DNA of 52,546 bases, filler included, from Squatina squatina (GCA_031763465.1; 3 parts of 2 records of this genome joined end to end with filler, not necessarily neighbours in it), one strand, 5' to 3'; numbered from the whole stretch's first letter, positions 1 through 13,194 are shown. The notes: a model not told the origin generated them from the sequence alone. Program-made: numbers and translations.

Positions 1-670
1 CTGTTACCTCTTCAAAAAATTCAATGAGGTTGGTCAAGCAAGACTTTCCCTTTTGAAATCCATGCTGACTATTCATTGTTATATTTTTGGTTTCTAGATG
101 TTCTTCTATTTTCTGTTTTAGTAGGGATTCGATTAGTTTTCCAACCACTGATGTTATGCTGACTCGTCTATAATTCCCTGGACATGTTTTATCCCCCTTC
201 TTAAATACAGGTATTACGTTAGCTATCCACTAGTCCTCTGGCACTACACCTTTTTCTAACAAATTATTAAATATGTGCAATAGTACCTCTGCTATCTCTT
301 CCCTCGATTCTTTTAAAATGCGTGGGTGCAATCGTCAGAACCAGGGGTTTTATTGACTTTGGGTTTGATTAGTTTATTTAATATTTCGCCTCTTTTATTT
401 TCAATGTGGTTATCTTACTTCTAATCTCATCTTCTGATGTCATGCCCAGCTGACATCTCCCTGGTAAATACTGAAGCAAAATAACTATTTAATATTTCTG
501 CCATTTCACTATCACTGCCTGTGATATAATCCAGACCATCCTTTAGTGGCCATTCCCATCCTGACTTTCCTTTATTTATTGATGTGCCTGTAGAATATTT
601 TACTATTTTGTTTTACACCCCTTGATAATTTAACTTCATAGTTCCTCTTTGTCTTCCTAATTATTTTTAC
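1..670 (-). mobile_element. CR1-family LINE ORF2 (reverse transcriptase) fragment, degenerate
   Basis: Minus strand of 1-70 reads SQHGFQKGKSCLTNLIEFFEEVT, the CR1 RT motif; CR1-like sequence continues to about 670. Boundary approximate. Confidence 0.9.
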
Positions 671-3600
671 TTTTAGTACTACAAAAATTAACTGTGTTTC
701 ATTTCCCTTTTTTAAATATTCCATTCATTCACCTTTGCGAGATATTTCAATGCCTTCCCCCATTCCTTGTCAAAGAGCATATAAGTAAATTCATGAAGTA
801 AAGTTAACCATGTAGAAAGCTGCTATGATTCCACCAGCCAAGCTCTTGCCTGCAAATATTATTGTCCCATAAAAACTCTAGGGATGAGTTAACATTTACT
901 TTACAATCCAAGTTATGCATTAGTAATTAAGGCAGAATAGTGGTGGAGGCACTCAAGGTAATCACACCAGTGCTCTGCTTTAAGTAGAAGTCAATACTGT
1001 TGGTTTGATGCCTGGGGTTTTAGAACAAGTGAATTTGACAATTACACACTGTCACGTCGCAATATTTTTTACCCCTTTTCCATGGAACTGATTTGGAAAA
1101 GTAACCGTTATGTTTATGTTTTAAAGTAATGTGGATTCACACAATTCTTTATTTAAAAAAGGCAACAAGATCAAAGGTAATTAATATGATAATATTCTCC
1201 AAAGACCGTAAACAACAAGCAATTCAATAGCCTGTCTCAGCAACAATAAACACCTCACACCCACTGTCTTCAGAGGTCTCTGGTCACAGGCACTCAGAGA
1301 TAAAAAAAATAGAGACAAGCAGTCAGTCAGCTGCTTTTCAAAAATACAGCAAAACTGCGAGGATGAGCTTGTGCCAGATTTGGAAGGAGAACAAGAGAGG
1401 GCACTTAAGAGTTAGGACTGCCAAAGAAGAAGAAGAAGAAAACAAACCCTCGACAACCCAGCAAAAATTCAGAAACACAATCACCTAGAGTGGCATGTAA
1501 AGTGATAGGAAGCCACAGAGCCTGGATCCTCTTTCATTTAAATTTCAAGATTGGCAGGAAAATGTTCAAATGGTCTTTACTAATTCGTAAGGANNNNNNN
1601 NNNNNNNNNNNNNNNNNNNNNNNNNNNNNNNNNNNNNNNNNNNNNNNNNNNNNNNNNNNNNNNNNNNNNNNNNNNNNNNNNNNNNNNNNNNNNTGATCTA
1701 CCCGCCCTTAGACTCAGCAAAATGGACCACGTTTTTCATTTATATCCTTTCCTTATTTCACAGACTTTAGCATACTCTAACCATACAATATGGATGTCCT
1801 AATAATTCTAAATTAACACTCCACTGCCACCTGACTAACCAAATCAGTTTCATATGTGTAAATATTCATGGTAATCACAGCCTGAAAAGTCTTTTTTCTC
1901 ATATAAAGCAAATGAAGCAAGTGAAGGACCCGTCATAAATAATGTCACAGGGTGATACCATGCAGACAAGGTGATGATAAAAGAACTCTCTACACTTCTC
2001 TTTGGGAAAAGAATTTAAGGCTACATTTCTCATTTGTAACACTCCGTGATTAAATACAAATGAAAAAAATACACATGAAAGTGGTCGATTTAAGCCAGTA
2101 TTCACAGTCATTATGTTGTACTAAAAACACTGCCTTTCATCTATAATGCTGAACAGTTAAATTCCTGTCAAAAAAGGAGTTGTTTTAAAGGGGTATTGTC
2201 ACAAGGAATTTCTGCTTTGTGTGCCAAAAATGAGTGATGTAAACAAATCTTTCACTTTGCACTATCAATACTGCAAGCCATCTGTGGTCATTTCAATACA
2301 TCATTTTTGCAGAGTTTACACTGTGCAGTCTTCCTCTGCAAGGCGAACACATTTCCTGATCTCATCAGAAACGGTGTTATTGAGTAACTGCCACCTATTA
2401 GTGCTTTAGCAGCCTCAGCTGCTCAGACAGTTATTGTAATTGCCAGTGGACAACACTATCCCTTTAAAGTAACAAGATCCTTGAGAGTGCACGTATGCAC
2501 CATTCCAAAATAAAACTAACAGTGTCCACTTTGGCATTTTAATCCTTAATTTCTCCCCCGAGCCTATTTGCCTTTGTGCAGCTTTCTGAATCTAGAAGGG
2601 CAGNNNNNNNNNNNNNNNNNNNNNNNNNNNNNNNNNNNNNNNNNNNNNNNNNNNNNNNNNNNNNNNNNNNNNNNNNNNNNNNNNNNNNNNNNNNNNNNNN
2701 NNNTCATTTAAGCAGCCAGTGTCCAACCACTCTATCACGCACTCTACCCAACCCATCTATTTTCTTGAAAAATGCTTCTGTAACGTTTCTCCCCACTTGA
2801 GCCAGAAATAAATCAAATCAAACTCCATATTATTCATTCTTAACCAGTTTCCTTCCTTGGAATGACATTTTCATGATGCCAACAGCTCACAAACCATCAT
2901 GTTCCACACATTCAATTATCTCAATCTGTATTTATTCTTATAAACCTTAATCCTATTCCAACACAGATATTCATTCAGCTCTGTTTAAAGATGTTAATTG
3001 ACACATTACCTGCTTTATCTGGGAGGCTCTTTAATGCCAACCTTGCTGTAAATTCCAATTTGTATCACTGAAAACCAATTCCCTGGATCAACTGGTCTGA
3101 AGAGATCTTCACTGAGTCTTTTTTTTTAAACGTGCTAAAGCAATAAACTAAGTTGGTAATTTTTTTTTAAATGATCAGTCATGCACTTTACACTTACAAG
3201 TTTTGTCATTTGTTTAATTATATCAAACTATCCCAATTTAACATTGTCTGACAACCAGCTTACTTGCATCACATTATTATACAGTAAGAATTGCAATACA
3301 AGAGATCACTGAAGCATTACTTACTACTATTAAGTGCTAGTCCATTTCGATACTGGCCTGCTTTTTTCTATCTTCCCTGTGCTAGTTCTAATGCAGTGGG
3401 TGTGTAAATAACTTCTGTTTGCTCAATTTCCATCCCCTTAAATTTCCTGTAACACTGTTGTTAGGTTTCTCCAGTGTCCATTTCCTCCATTTCACTTCAA
3501 TCTATTTCCACTCTTTACCAATAAATACAATCCTCACTTAAGCTTCTGGTTCTGGTCTCACTCTGATATCAGTAGAACCAAATTCTTAAAAAAAATGATC

Positions 3601-5474
3601 AAGATTCCTACTGAAGAGAAGCCATGGTGTGAAAAAGTGAAAACAGAGTGGAGATGCTGTTCAGTAGGAAGGCACAGAGATCAGTTTTGCGGCCACTACT
3701 TGGGGCTGGTTTTAACAACAACAACTTGTATTTATAGAGCATCTTTAATGTAGCAAAATGACCCAANNNNNNNNNNNNNNNNNNNNNNNNNNNNNNNNNN
3801 NNNNNNNNNNNNNNNNNNNNNNNNNNNNNNNNNNNNNNNNNNNNNNNNNNNNNNNNNNNNNNNNNNCAATTACAGGAACACCGCCTTTAAATGAAGAAGT
3901 ACAGCACGCTGCTAAATCAAAGATAAACTGCTCCCAGGACCCAGTAGATCCATTAATTAAATGCTCATAATTGAAGCTCATGATAAATGCTCAGTTCCCC
4001 ATTTACCACCAGGACACCGCCACTTCACAAGACATAATTACATAGCAGAGATTAGCTCAGGGAGCCACGATGGTTAAGGACACTCCAGTAATACTCCTCC
4101 TTTACATTTGATTTGCCACTTCCATCATACAGAATGAAGGTCAAAGTGTGTTCTCCATAAGTCTGTTGAACAGAGTCATGAATAACTAAGTGCTACCTTA
4201 CACAGATGTTTGATCTTGCTTGCCTAGGATTATTGCAAATATACAGTTGCTGGTGAGCCTATAGCGAAATTAGAAACAATTGCCATTATCTTGTATAACT
4301 AATTCCCCATATTTCCTAAATTAAGATTGTCTGTCTCACATCTAATTGTCTCTGTGGATACAATGAACACTGGTTAGCTTATCTGAAATACTGTCCAAAA
4401 ATTGATCAGTACAGCTATAAATAATAATTACTCCACATATGACAGTTGGATATAATTTGTTTTCTGAGCTCATATTTGGAAGGCTATCAACATGATGTAT
4501 AAACAATTTCAGTGCCAACATTTCAGTAGTCTGAATAAATGGTGAATGAAATCCAATGGAAGGTGAAACAGTTAGAAATATCAAGAACATTCTGCCCTCT
4601 GGAAATTTGGAAACATTAACGTCAAAGCAACCATAGACTTTCTATAAAAATCCAATGGAGTTACCTGTTTACTGGGCTTTAATGGAAATGATAAGCATAT
4701 TACAATAAAAGTCTGATCAAAACCAAAGAATAAAATTGGGAGGTAAAACAGTATACAATCTTGAGTGTTATACTTCTATTGCTCAAGATAGTGGGGAGAA
4801 AATGGGGGACTTTAATATGTGGTATTAAGTGATTATAGTAAAGTAATTTTAACTGAAAACACAAACATTTATACTATACACATACAGTTATAATAGTTAT
4901 TGATTAAAAACATAAAACTCTCAGGTTTTGATTCCAGTAAGCAAATCTGGTTACAATTCTCTTTCACTATTTTGAACTCCCTTTGAAACACTTTTGGCTC
5001 TGTGATTTGAGGTTGCAATTGTAAATTTTTAATCGCATTATTTCTATTCTCAATGCTTTGGCAGAAGTTCCAAAGAGCAGACATTGTACCAAAATATCTA
5101 GCAGCGATACTTTTTCTCTATTGTGACCATGTAGACTTGTGTGACCCAAGGATTAGGAACCAATGATATTTGTCCGGCCACCTGGCTCCTAACAACCAGT
5201 AAATTAGACAGCTGTGCAGTGGACATGCACAGTGTTTTTCTTTACCACTGCCTCCCCCATGAGTTTGCTCATGGTGACTCAGAGGATACAATGGTGTGGT
5301 ATGAACGCAGTGTGAAGGGTGCAGTGTGATTGAGAAAGTGCTGCAGGAAGTAAATGTGACATATACAGGAAATCATACACAAAATGTTTTATGTATTATA
5401 GCTATGAGGTACAGGGAGATTTAAAAACCTATTGGATGAAGAATAATCAATAAAAACATAGCAAGGAAGATAGA

Positions 5475-5592
5475 AGAATTCAATATGATCATGGCTGATC
5501 ATCCAAATTCAGTATCCTGCTCCTGCTTTCTCCCCATATCCCTTGATCTCTTTAGCCATAAGAACTATATCTAACTCCTTCTTGAATATATT
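5475..5592 (-). mobile_element. CR1 LINE 3' end fragment
   Basis: Matches the CR1 3' copy at 47458-47973 (caatatgatcatggctgatc...ttctccccata; NIFKKELD). Confidence 0.75.
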
Positions 5593-6913
5593 NNNNNNNN
5601 NNNNNNNNNNNNNNNNNNNNNNNNNNNNNNNNNNNNNNNNNNNNNNNNNNNNNNNNNNNNNNNNNNNNNNNNNNNNNNNNNNNNNNNNNNNNTTATAATA
5701 GTTATTGATTAAAAACATAAAACTCTCAGGTTTTGATTTATATTATTTGACTTCCAAAGCAAGTCTCATTTGCGAACATAAACCATATCCCTTCCCATTC
5801 CAGGACTACCAATATCAGCATCCATTCTATTTTAAGCCAGTCTCAGTGACTATTTCATAATATTATTAAAAGACCATTGAAGTGTAATCAGGTTTAAATG
5901 CTGCAGGAAATGTACTTCTCAATNNNNNNNNNNGTAAGTTAGAACTGCTCAATAAGAATTCTAAGGTGTAACCCACTGTGAATCACTTGTGCATTTCCAT
6001 ATTCAAATCGCACTGTAGTGTGTATGTGTCTAACCACCAAGATCACCAAACTGGGCAGTTCTAATGCTGTACCTCCAATGTTACAGATCTATTGTTCTTG
6101 GTTATAACCCCACTGCTCACCTTTGCTGTAGGTACATTGTGTTGAAATACGAAAAATGTACAATGAAGGAAACAAATTAAAAGCAATTTTGCATAAGACT
6201 CTCAAAATGAATTACCGTTGGTACATGCAAACCCTTACTTATTATTTGGATCCAGTATGCACATATTGGCTCAAACCCCAGATGTAGTGATCCCCCTCCC
6301 CGCCCACAACACAAAACACAGCACACAGTTCAGTTTTTTTTATATATATAGAACGATATACTGGGCTCATTTTCAGTAAAACTAGTCCCAGTTAAACATT
6401 GACCTGCAAGCCTGCAAACATTTTTGAAGCAATAGATTCCTGTAGCAGTGCCCCGAGTACTGGCAAGAAGACTCTTAATACCACAGGATCGGTCTTGTGT
6501 TTGACATCTAATAACTCCTTAAAGGATGATTTCCATCCCTGGTCCAAGAGAGTGACAAAGTTGTTGAACGGGTAAAGACATTCTTTACCCACTGTGTGAT
6601 ATGGAAACCTACATCTACTGACGTGAAAGGTCCCGTTTTTCTACCTTGTAATTCAAATTTCAACGAGTCCTTCCAGTTAACCACAGTTGTTCAAACCTTC
6701 ACAACTAAATCCAAAGAGTGGAAGCTGGCGTCTTTTTCTTTTCTTTCATTCTATTTAACAATAATTAACCTCGGCTAAACTGAGTGGAGTGAAAATATAT
6801 AGCTGCAACTTGTAGTGCACCTTAAAAGGCAGCGCGAAGTTTGTGGACCATTTGGAGGGCGCGAGTTGGCCGCACGATTGAGGAGCTGCCGTCAGTGTTT
6901 AAAGTGTCCTTAC

Positions 6914-7073
6914 CCGAGATCTCCTGGTAGGGAATGTTGCTGAGGCTGAATCCTTTCGCACTGTAAGCTTGCCTCACCTCAGAACAGGTCCGAGCTTTCG
7001 CTTCAGCCACAGCCGTGCCACAAAACACAGTTAAAGTGCAGAGCACCGCCACCAGAGCAGAAATCCAGGACAT
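6914..7073 (-). CDS. GPC6: Glypican (GPC6-like) coding exon 1: signal peptide and N-terminus
   Basis: accATG start at 7073; MSWISALVAVLCTLTVFCGTAVAEAKARTCSEVRQAYSAKGFSLSNIPYQEIS(G) matches GPC6 [28 protein letters not shown]; 160-nt coding exon ending in G|GTAAG as in GPC4/6. Confidence 0.85.
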
Positions 7074-7360
7074 GGTGATGTGTGCAGATAGATTTTGAAA
7101 ATCCACTTTTTTACCCCAGCCCAAACCCTGAAGAACTCCCCTTAAAAGTCCTGTCAAACACAGTGCTGGGGAGCTGAGGCGCTGTCTCCAGGTAGCGGCC
7201 GCTGATTCCACTAGATTTCCCCCGGCTGTAGATTAGGACACATCTACATATATAGTCTCGNNNNNNNNNNNNNNNNNNNNNNNNNNNNNNNNNNNNNNNN
7301 NNNNNNNNNNNNNNNNNNNNNNNNNNNNNNNNNNNNNNNNNNNNNNNNNNNNNNNNNNNN

Positions 7361-7695
7361 TTTGCCTGGACAAGTGCAGCTCGAACAACACTCAAGAAGC
7401 TCCATCCAGCAGCCCGCTTGATTAGCACCCCATCCACCACCTTAAATATTCACTCGCTCCGTCACCACCGCAACATCTCTGCAGTGTGCACCATCTATAA
7501 AATGCACTGCAGCAACTCACCAAGGCTTCTTTGGCAGCACCTCCAAAACCCACGACTTCTACCACCGAGAAAGACAAGGGCAGCAGGCACATGGGAACAC
7601 CACCACCTGCAAGTTCCCCTCCAAGTTACACACCATCCTGGCTTGGAAATATATCGTTGTTCCTTCATCAAAATCCTGGAACTCCCTCCCTAATA
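7361..7695 (+). mobile_element. Non-LTR retrotransposon (CR1/L2 group) C-terminal fragment
   Basis: Translates to TPSTTLNIHSLRHHRNISAVCTIYKMHCSNSPRLL, typical of a LINE ORF2 C-terminus; a homologous copy lies at 9306-9550 on the minus strand. Confidence 0.75.
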
Positions 7696-8109
7696 TCCTA
7701 GAGATGGTGACTAATTTTACCATCCCTATTATGGACAGAAAATCATGGGCTTGTGATTACCTGAGATGCTCTTTCTGTGAGCATTGTTGCTTGCTGCAAG
7801 CATCAGATGACTGAATCACCCCTATAATCTGTTGCGATTAGCCACAAAACCTTAGTACATTGCTTGCCAGTTAGAAATCTGCATGGGATGTGCAACTGGC
7901 AACGTGGCATCATCACTCTGCACTGATAGCTTACATCAGTTAATATCAGTGAGGTATTAATATGAACGGTTATGCAAGACTATTTAACAAGGTGACAGCT
8001 TCTTTAAAGGAAGATTGCTTTACTGTGAAAGTAACTTGGCCAGGTTTGTAAACAGAAAAATGCACAATGGTAATTGCATCACTGACTATGCCTGCTGTTG
8101 CTACCCACT

Positions 8110-8285
8110 GAGTCATAGAAATTATAACAGAGAAGGCAGCAATTCAACTCTTCAAGCCTGTGCTGGTGCCAACTCTTCAATTGGAGCTATCTATTCTCAT
8201 CCAATTTGCCTGCACTTTCCCTGTAAGCATATTTATATTTTTCCTTTTCAAATACTTACCCAATTTCCTTTTAAATTATGCTAGT
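8110..8285 (-). mobile_element. CR1 LINE 3' tail, degenerate
   Basis: Starts catagaa...cagagaaggc like the tails at 22953 and 26403. Confidence 0.55.
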
Positions 8286-8420
8286 TTCTGCATCAATGCT
8301 TATTAGCTAAAATTTATATAAATGAATATGAAAATGTTGAAAGTGCACCTCAGCAGTTCACAATGGAGCAAATATTTGTAATCTGGTGTCTGATATGGCA
8401 GCTCTGAAAACAAGACGTCA

Positions 8421-8760
8421 TCACAGGCGAAGTTGACATAATTGGCGACTCTGGCAAACAAGCCATCCGTCACCTGTCTTATGCATTTGAGAGCTGCTGA
8501 CAGCAGATCCTGCAGATATCACCGGTAGAGCCCTGGAAGGATCTAGAGGCAACGAAGTTGAGGATGATGATGACTTTGATAGCTGTTGGTCAAGCATGGA
8601 CACCAGGTCCAGCTGGCAGCAGTTCCAGCAGGCTGCAAATGTCTGCCACCACCTCACACGACACCCTGAACCACCTGATACATTAGTGTTCAGACATGTT
8701 GAGGAATCTTATCTTCTGCCTGTAGACTCTGTATGCTGGGTATGGCCTCTTGCAAGCTTC
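8421..8760 (-). mobile_element. PIF/Harbinger (HARBI1-like) transposase fossil, N-terminal part
   Basis: Minus strand reads RVYRQKIRFLNMSEH*CIRWFRVSCEVVADICSLLE..HA*PTAIKVIIILNFVASRSFQGSTGDICRI/KCIRQVTDGLFARVANYVNF, matching the HARBI1 LGFYTSGSFQ..GDAIGISQ..RCV..VT.AL motif; two stops and a frameshift. Confidence 0.8.
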
Positions 8761-8812
8761 ACCTCTCTGCTGCTCCCCTCTGTTCTGTGGAGCTACAGGT
8801 TTGTGAGCAGCA

Positions 8813-8883
8813 GGCTGCTGCTGGTGCTGCTACTGGTGCTGGTGGTAGTGCTGCTGGTGCTGGTGGTGCTGGTGGTGGTGCTG
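8813..8883. repeat. (GCT/GGT)n mixed trinucleotide repeat, truncated by gap
   Basis: Directly visible ctgctgctggtgctgctactggtgctggtggt... Confidence 0.9.
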
Positions 8884-9305
8884 NNNNNNNNNNNNNNNNN
8901 NNNNNNNNNNNNNNNNNNNNNNNNNNNNNNNNNNNNNNNNNNNNNNNNNNNNNNNNNNNNNNNNNNNNNNNNNNNNNNNNNNNCCAGTACTTTTTTCCTC
9001 TGCTAGTTGTTGTCACAACAGATACTAGTGGCTAAGATGGTCAATACAGTTGATGTGCGATGATCTCTCTCTGAGGGACTGACAATACACTGATGTAATC
9101 ATTGTAAATTTGTTTAGTGATAATCCATAATTGGTGATCAGAAGATAACCTTTGGTAGATATCAGCAGGTTGTAACTCAATCAGGTGGTTTTGATGACCT
9201 GGCAAATCACAAGAACTAAGTAGCAGCTTATAAATATCAATGGAGCTGCTCGATTAAATTGCTGTCTTAAACAGGGGCAGACCTTGTTTACCCTTTATAT
9301 TACTT

Positions 9306-9550
9306 TTAAAAATTCATTCTTGGGATGCAGGCATTGCTGGCAAAGCCAGCATTTATTGGCCATCCCAAGTTGCCCCTGTAAAGGTGGTGGCAGTGCAGTC
9401 TGTGTGGTGAAGGTGCTTCCACAATGCTGTTAGGTAGGGAGTTCTTGGATTTTGATCCTGCAACAATGGAACTGCATATATGTCCAAGCCAGGATGTTGT
9501 GTGATTTGAAGGGGAACTTGGCATTGATGGTGTTCTTATGTGCCTGCTGG
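9306..9550 (-). mobile_element. 3' end of the same LINE family as 7361-7695
   Basis: Reverse complement shares caagttcccc(t)tc..a.tcacac..catcctggcttgga..tat and aaatcc..gaactccct.cctaa with 7610-7695. Confidence 0.7.
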
Positions 9551-11194
9551 AGCATACCCCAGTTCTATTCTTATGATGGAGGGAAGGTCATTGATGAAGA
9601 AGCTGAACATAGTTGGCCCTAGGAAACTGCTCTATAATTTCTAATGCTTTAAAAAAATGCATTCTGCTTTTACCTGACAATCACATGAAGCATGATGGAA
9701 GTGGTATGAAGTAGGTAATAGAATAATAAATTGAATAGAAGGAACCAATGTATATGACATTTATCTTGTGGTAGATTATAAGAAAATATAGTATACATTA
9801 TAACACAGAAAATACATAATGAAAAGCCACAAGACTTAGATTCCGATGATTATCTAAATATTATTGCTTTATGCTGCCAAAGGTAGCACAGTATGTGATC
9901 TTGAGTTGGCTTATGCATGCTAAGACTAATGAAGCACTCTGCCAGGTCTTCCTCACCCATTTTGAATGTATACATCAATGCATACTGCTGTCGGCTTTCT
10001 TTCTCCTTCCCAAAACCTGTCCAGTCCTGACCAGCTGAGCAAAGAATTGAATGTAGAGGAGCAATTTTCCTAGAACAATGCCAGAACTCTGAAAAGAAAG
10101 TTTAATTGGCATAGGGAGTAGCATTTGATCAGATATGGGCAGTTTTGAGGTCAATGGGCTTAACTGTATTCATATGAAGCAAAAGAAAATTACTACATCC
10201 AGGAGGTTAGCTCATTGCTAACACAAACTACCTAGTATGAGCATATTAAATTGTTTCACTGGGAACCAGTGAATACACGAACTGCTGTCATAAGTGGTAT
10301 TCACAGGTCAGCAGATGGATGTGCCATTTTTTATTAAAAGAAATGCATGAATGATGCCGGAGGAGGAAAACTACAGGTTTATTTGAACATCAGACTATGA
10401 GCATAACAATTCTCATTGCAACTAATTATTTTATAAAACCTCTCATTATAACAAATTTTTCATCTGGTCTCAACAGCAGATCAATTTAACTTNNNNNNNN
10501 NNAAGCGAGGATTGAAAACAATTCTGCTGGTTCCCACACGCTTGCAAGAATATTTATTTAACACAATTATCCAAAATGCGAATAAATATTTTTGGATAGC
10601 AATTGTCCATTTTGAGGGGCAGCTGATTATGTTGAAGATAAAGATGATCTTAAAACCCAGGGGAAAACTAGAGGAGGTTTTTCAGAAAGTCATTCAATCC
10701 TTTAGGGAAAAAGACAATATAAAATTCTTTAATTTATTGATATTTTAAATCAATAATCCACATCAGCCTGTATTTTACTTCTGCCAGGCTAAAAACCAAG
10801 AACATAAATCAAATGCTTACTGAGGCATGGGCCCAGGGAATTCTTTCTCCCATAAAACTGTCTGTAATGATCCAATTTGGTCATGATGTTTTGTCCTAAA
10901 CCATTAATTTTGTAAATATCTTCAGGCTAATAAGGTTTTTTTTTGAAGATGTGCTTCATAGCTCCTTTTTTCCAGCACTTTGACCCTCAGAAGACAACCT
11001 TGAGGCCATAAGCTACTGCAGAACAGATTGGTGGGTGGCAACCCACTTCAAAGACACCACTTAGCCAGCTGCTAAACACAAAACAAGAGCCCTATGGGGA
11101 CATCCAACACTACATCTGATCCTGCTCTTATAACTTGCACTTATGTACATATGTAGGAGATACTCGCTGGCTCTCACCCTCTATCTGCAGGACA

Positions 11195-11411
11195 AGCGCT
11201 CAACACAAGGGAGAGATAACTAAAGAAGGAGTAGGGCCCATTAGAGACTAAAAAGGTAATTTGTATGTGGAGGAGAAAGATGTGGGTATGGTTCTTACTG
11301 AAAACTTTGCCTCACTCTTCACAAAAGTAACGATGATGCAGGCATTGTAGTTAAGGGGGAGGAGTGTGAAATATTAGGTGAGATAAACATAGTGAGAGAG
11401 GAAGTATTAAG
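11195..11411 (+). mobile_element. CR1 LINE ORF2 fragment
   Basis: Degenerate ITKEGVGPIRD.KG..(N)FAS.FTK region that precedes the RT domain. Confidence 0.7.
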
Positions 11412-11511
11412 NNNNNNNNNNNNNNNNNNNNNNNNNNNNNNNNNNNNNNNNNNNNNNNNNNNNNNNNNNNNNNNNNNNNNNNNNNNNNNNNNNNNNNNNN
11501 NNNNNNNNNNN

Positions 11512-11910
11512 TTGACTAGGCTGGATGTGCTATTGTAGATGGTGCCAAGGTCAATGCCAGGTGGTCCGTCCGGTTTTATTCTTGTTTTTCGTAGTGGTTT
11601 GTTACAATTGTGGGGCTTGCTCGGCCATTTCAGAGGCCAGTTAAGAGTCAACCACATCATGGGTCTGGAGTCACATATAGGCCAGACTAGGTAAGGACAG
11701 CAGATTTCCAAAGTAAATAGTGAACCAGATGGGTTTTTACAAAAATCTTAATTTCATGGTCACTAGTTTTTTAAAAATCCAGATTTATTTAATTAACTGA
11801 ATTTAAATTCCCAGCTGCTCTGGTGGGATTTGAAATCACATGTCATGGATTATTAGCCCAGGCCTACTGGATCACTAGTCCACTAACATTATCACTGTGC
11901 TACTGTCCCT
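11512..11910 (-). mobile_element. tRNA-headed SINE-like / LINE 5' element
   Basis: Minus strand starts gggacagTAGCACAGTGA (A-box-like) with a degenerate B box GATTTCAAATCCC; the body is homologous to 17205-17410. Confidence 0.75.
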
Positions 11911-12714
11911 GGTAATGGCAATGAAAAGACAACTAGAATGCAGTTTATAGAGGCTTTTAAATGTGATCAGGATTAAAATTATCAGAGGAATTTTATCAGC
12001 ATATGTATATTACTCCCCTATCAACTCAGCTATTATATCAGAAGTGGAAGGATTGTGAGATTTCAGTCTTATTTATGAACATCAGATGCATGAATAATAT
12101 TCTACTAGTTTAAGAAGAAGCTGAATGATTGATGGATAGAACCTTTGAACTCACCCATCAATCATCAACCAACCATTCCTCAATTTGGTAAGACAGTGCA
12201 CATTCATGTGTCCATTAGTGGGTGAATAATTTACAAATGTGAAGCCTTTTAATGCCATCATCATTCATAGGCAGAAGAAAAACAAATTCCGGTATTCAGT
12301 CCAGTGAAGCAATATCTGCCTTGCATCAGGTTACGTGCTCAATAAATTTTCTGTTTGGGCTCAATTTGGCACTAACACAAGACAGACAGGATAATGCGAT
12401 TACGAGCTGCACCCTGCCACAGAGAGCTACTTGTCAGAGGTAATTTTGCTCTATTAAACTTATGGTAGAAACATCAGTTTTACTGTTCGTTCAATAGATT
12501 TTGTGAGAAATACACATAACTTTGTTAAAATAAAATGTAGATATGGGTGAGCAAGTTTTTATCATTATTCACTAAATTAGTTAATTTTTATTCACAACAT
12601 GGCAGATTCAGTCATCATTAATGAGGATCTGCTTTGTTGCTCCTTGGCAGTTACTGCGGACTGCTAGACTGCCCCAAATACTATAAATGATGGTAAATGG
12701 AAAAAGAGAACCAC

Positions 12715-13005
12715 ACATGCTGAAAATGTTAAATAGCTCCTCCCAGAGACCTTTGTATGTAGATAGCACCAACAGTGAGACTACTGTAGGTAAATATCAT
12801 CTACACAGGGAGACTGTACATTAATAGCACCTACCAAAACCAGTATCTATAAACGCACCTACTCACACACCAACCTCTGTAAAGGAGTATCTAAGCACAG
12901 ACCACTGTATGCAAACAGCACCTATGTTCCTATGCTCCTACACACAGACCATTGTCTGTGAGCAGCACTTACGCAGACACCACTCTCTGTAAACAGGACT
13001 TAAAG
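12715..13005. repeat. Degenerate ~30-bp minisatellite, about 9 copies
   Basis: Recurring unit approximately cagagaccactgtatgtaaacagcacctac with a 30-31 nt period. Confidence 0.7.
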
Positions 13006-13050
13006 CATTCTTCCTAGTTCTAATTATGCCCCGGTATCTATTACTATTAC

Positions 13051-13194
13051 CACGGCACCTTCCCATGCAAGCGCAGGAGATGCTACACCTGTTCTTTTAC
13101 CTCCTCCCTTCCCACTCTCCAGGGCCCCAAACATTCCTTCCAGGTGAGACAGTGATTTACTTGTACTTCTTTCAATTTAGTATACTGTATTCGC
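13051..13194 (+). mobile_element. Penelope-like element, fragment of the GIY-YIG endonuclease region
   Basis: HGTFPCKRRRCYTCSFTSSLPTLQGPKHSFQVRQ*FTCTSFNLVYCIR: Cys-rich linker and FTC.S.N.VY.I motif of Penelope elements; in-frame stop. Confidence 0.8.

Noticed and set aside
12715-13005. ~30-bp periodic repeat as CRISPR-like
   Set aside because: Units are adjacent and diverged, with no spacers.
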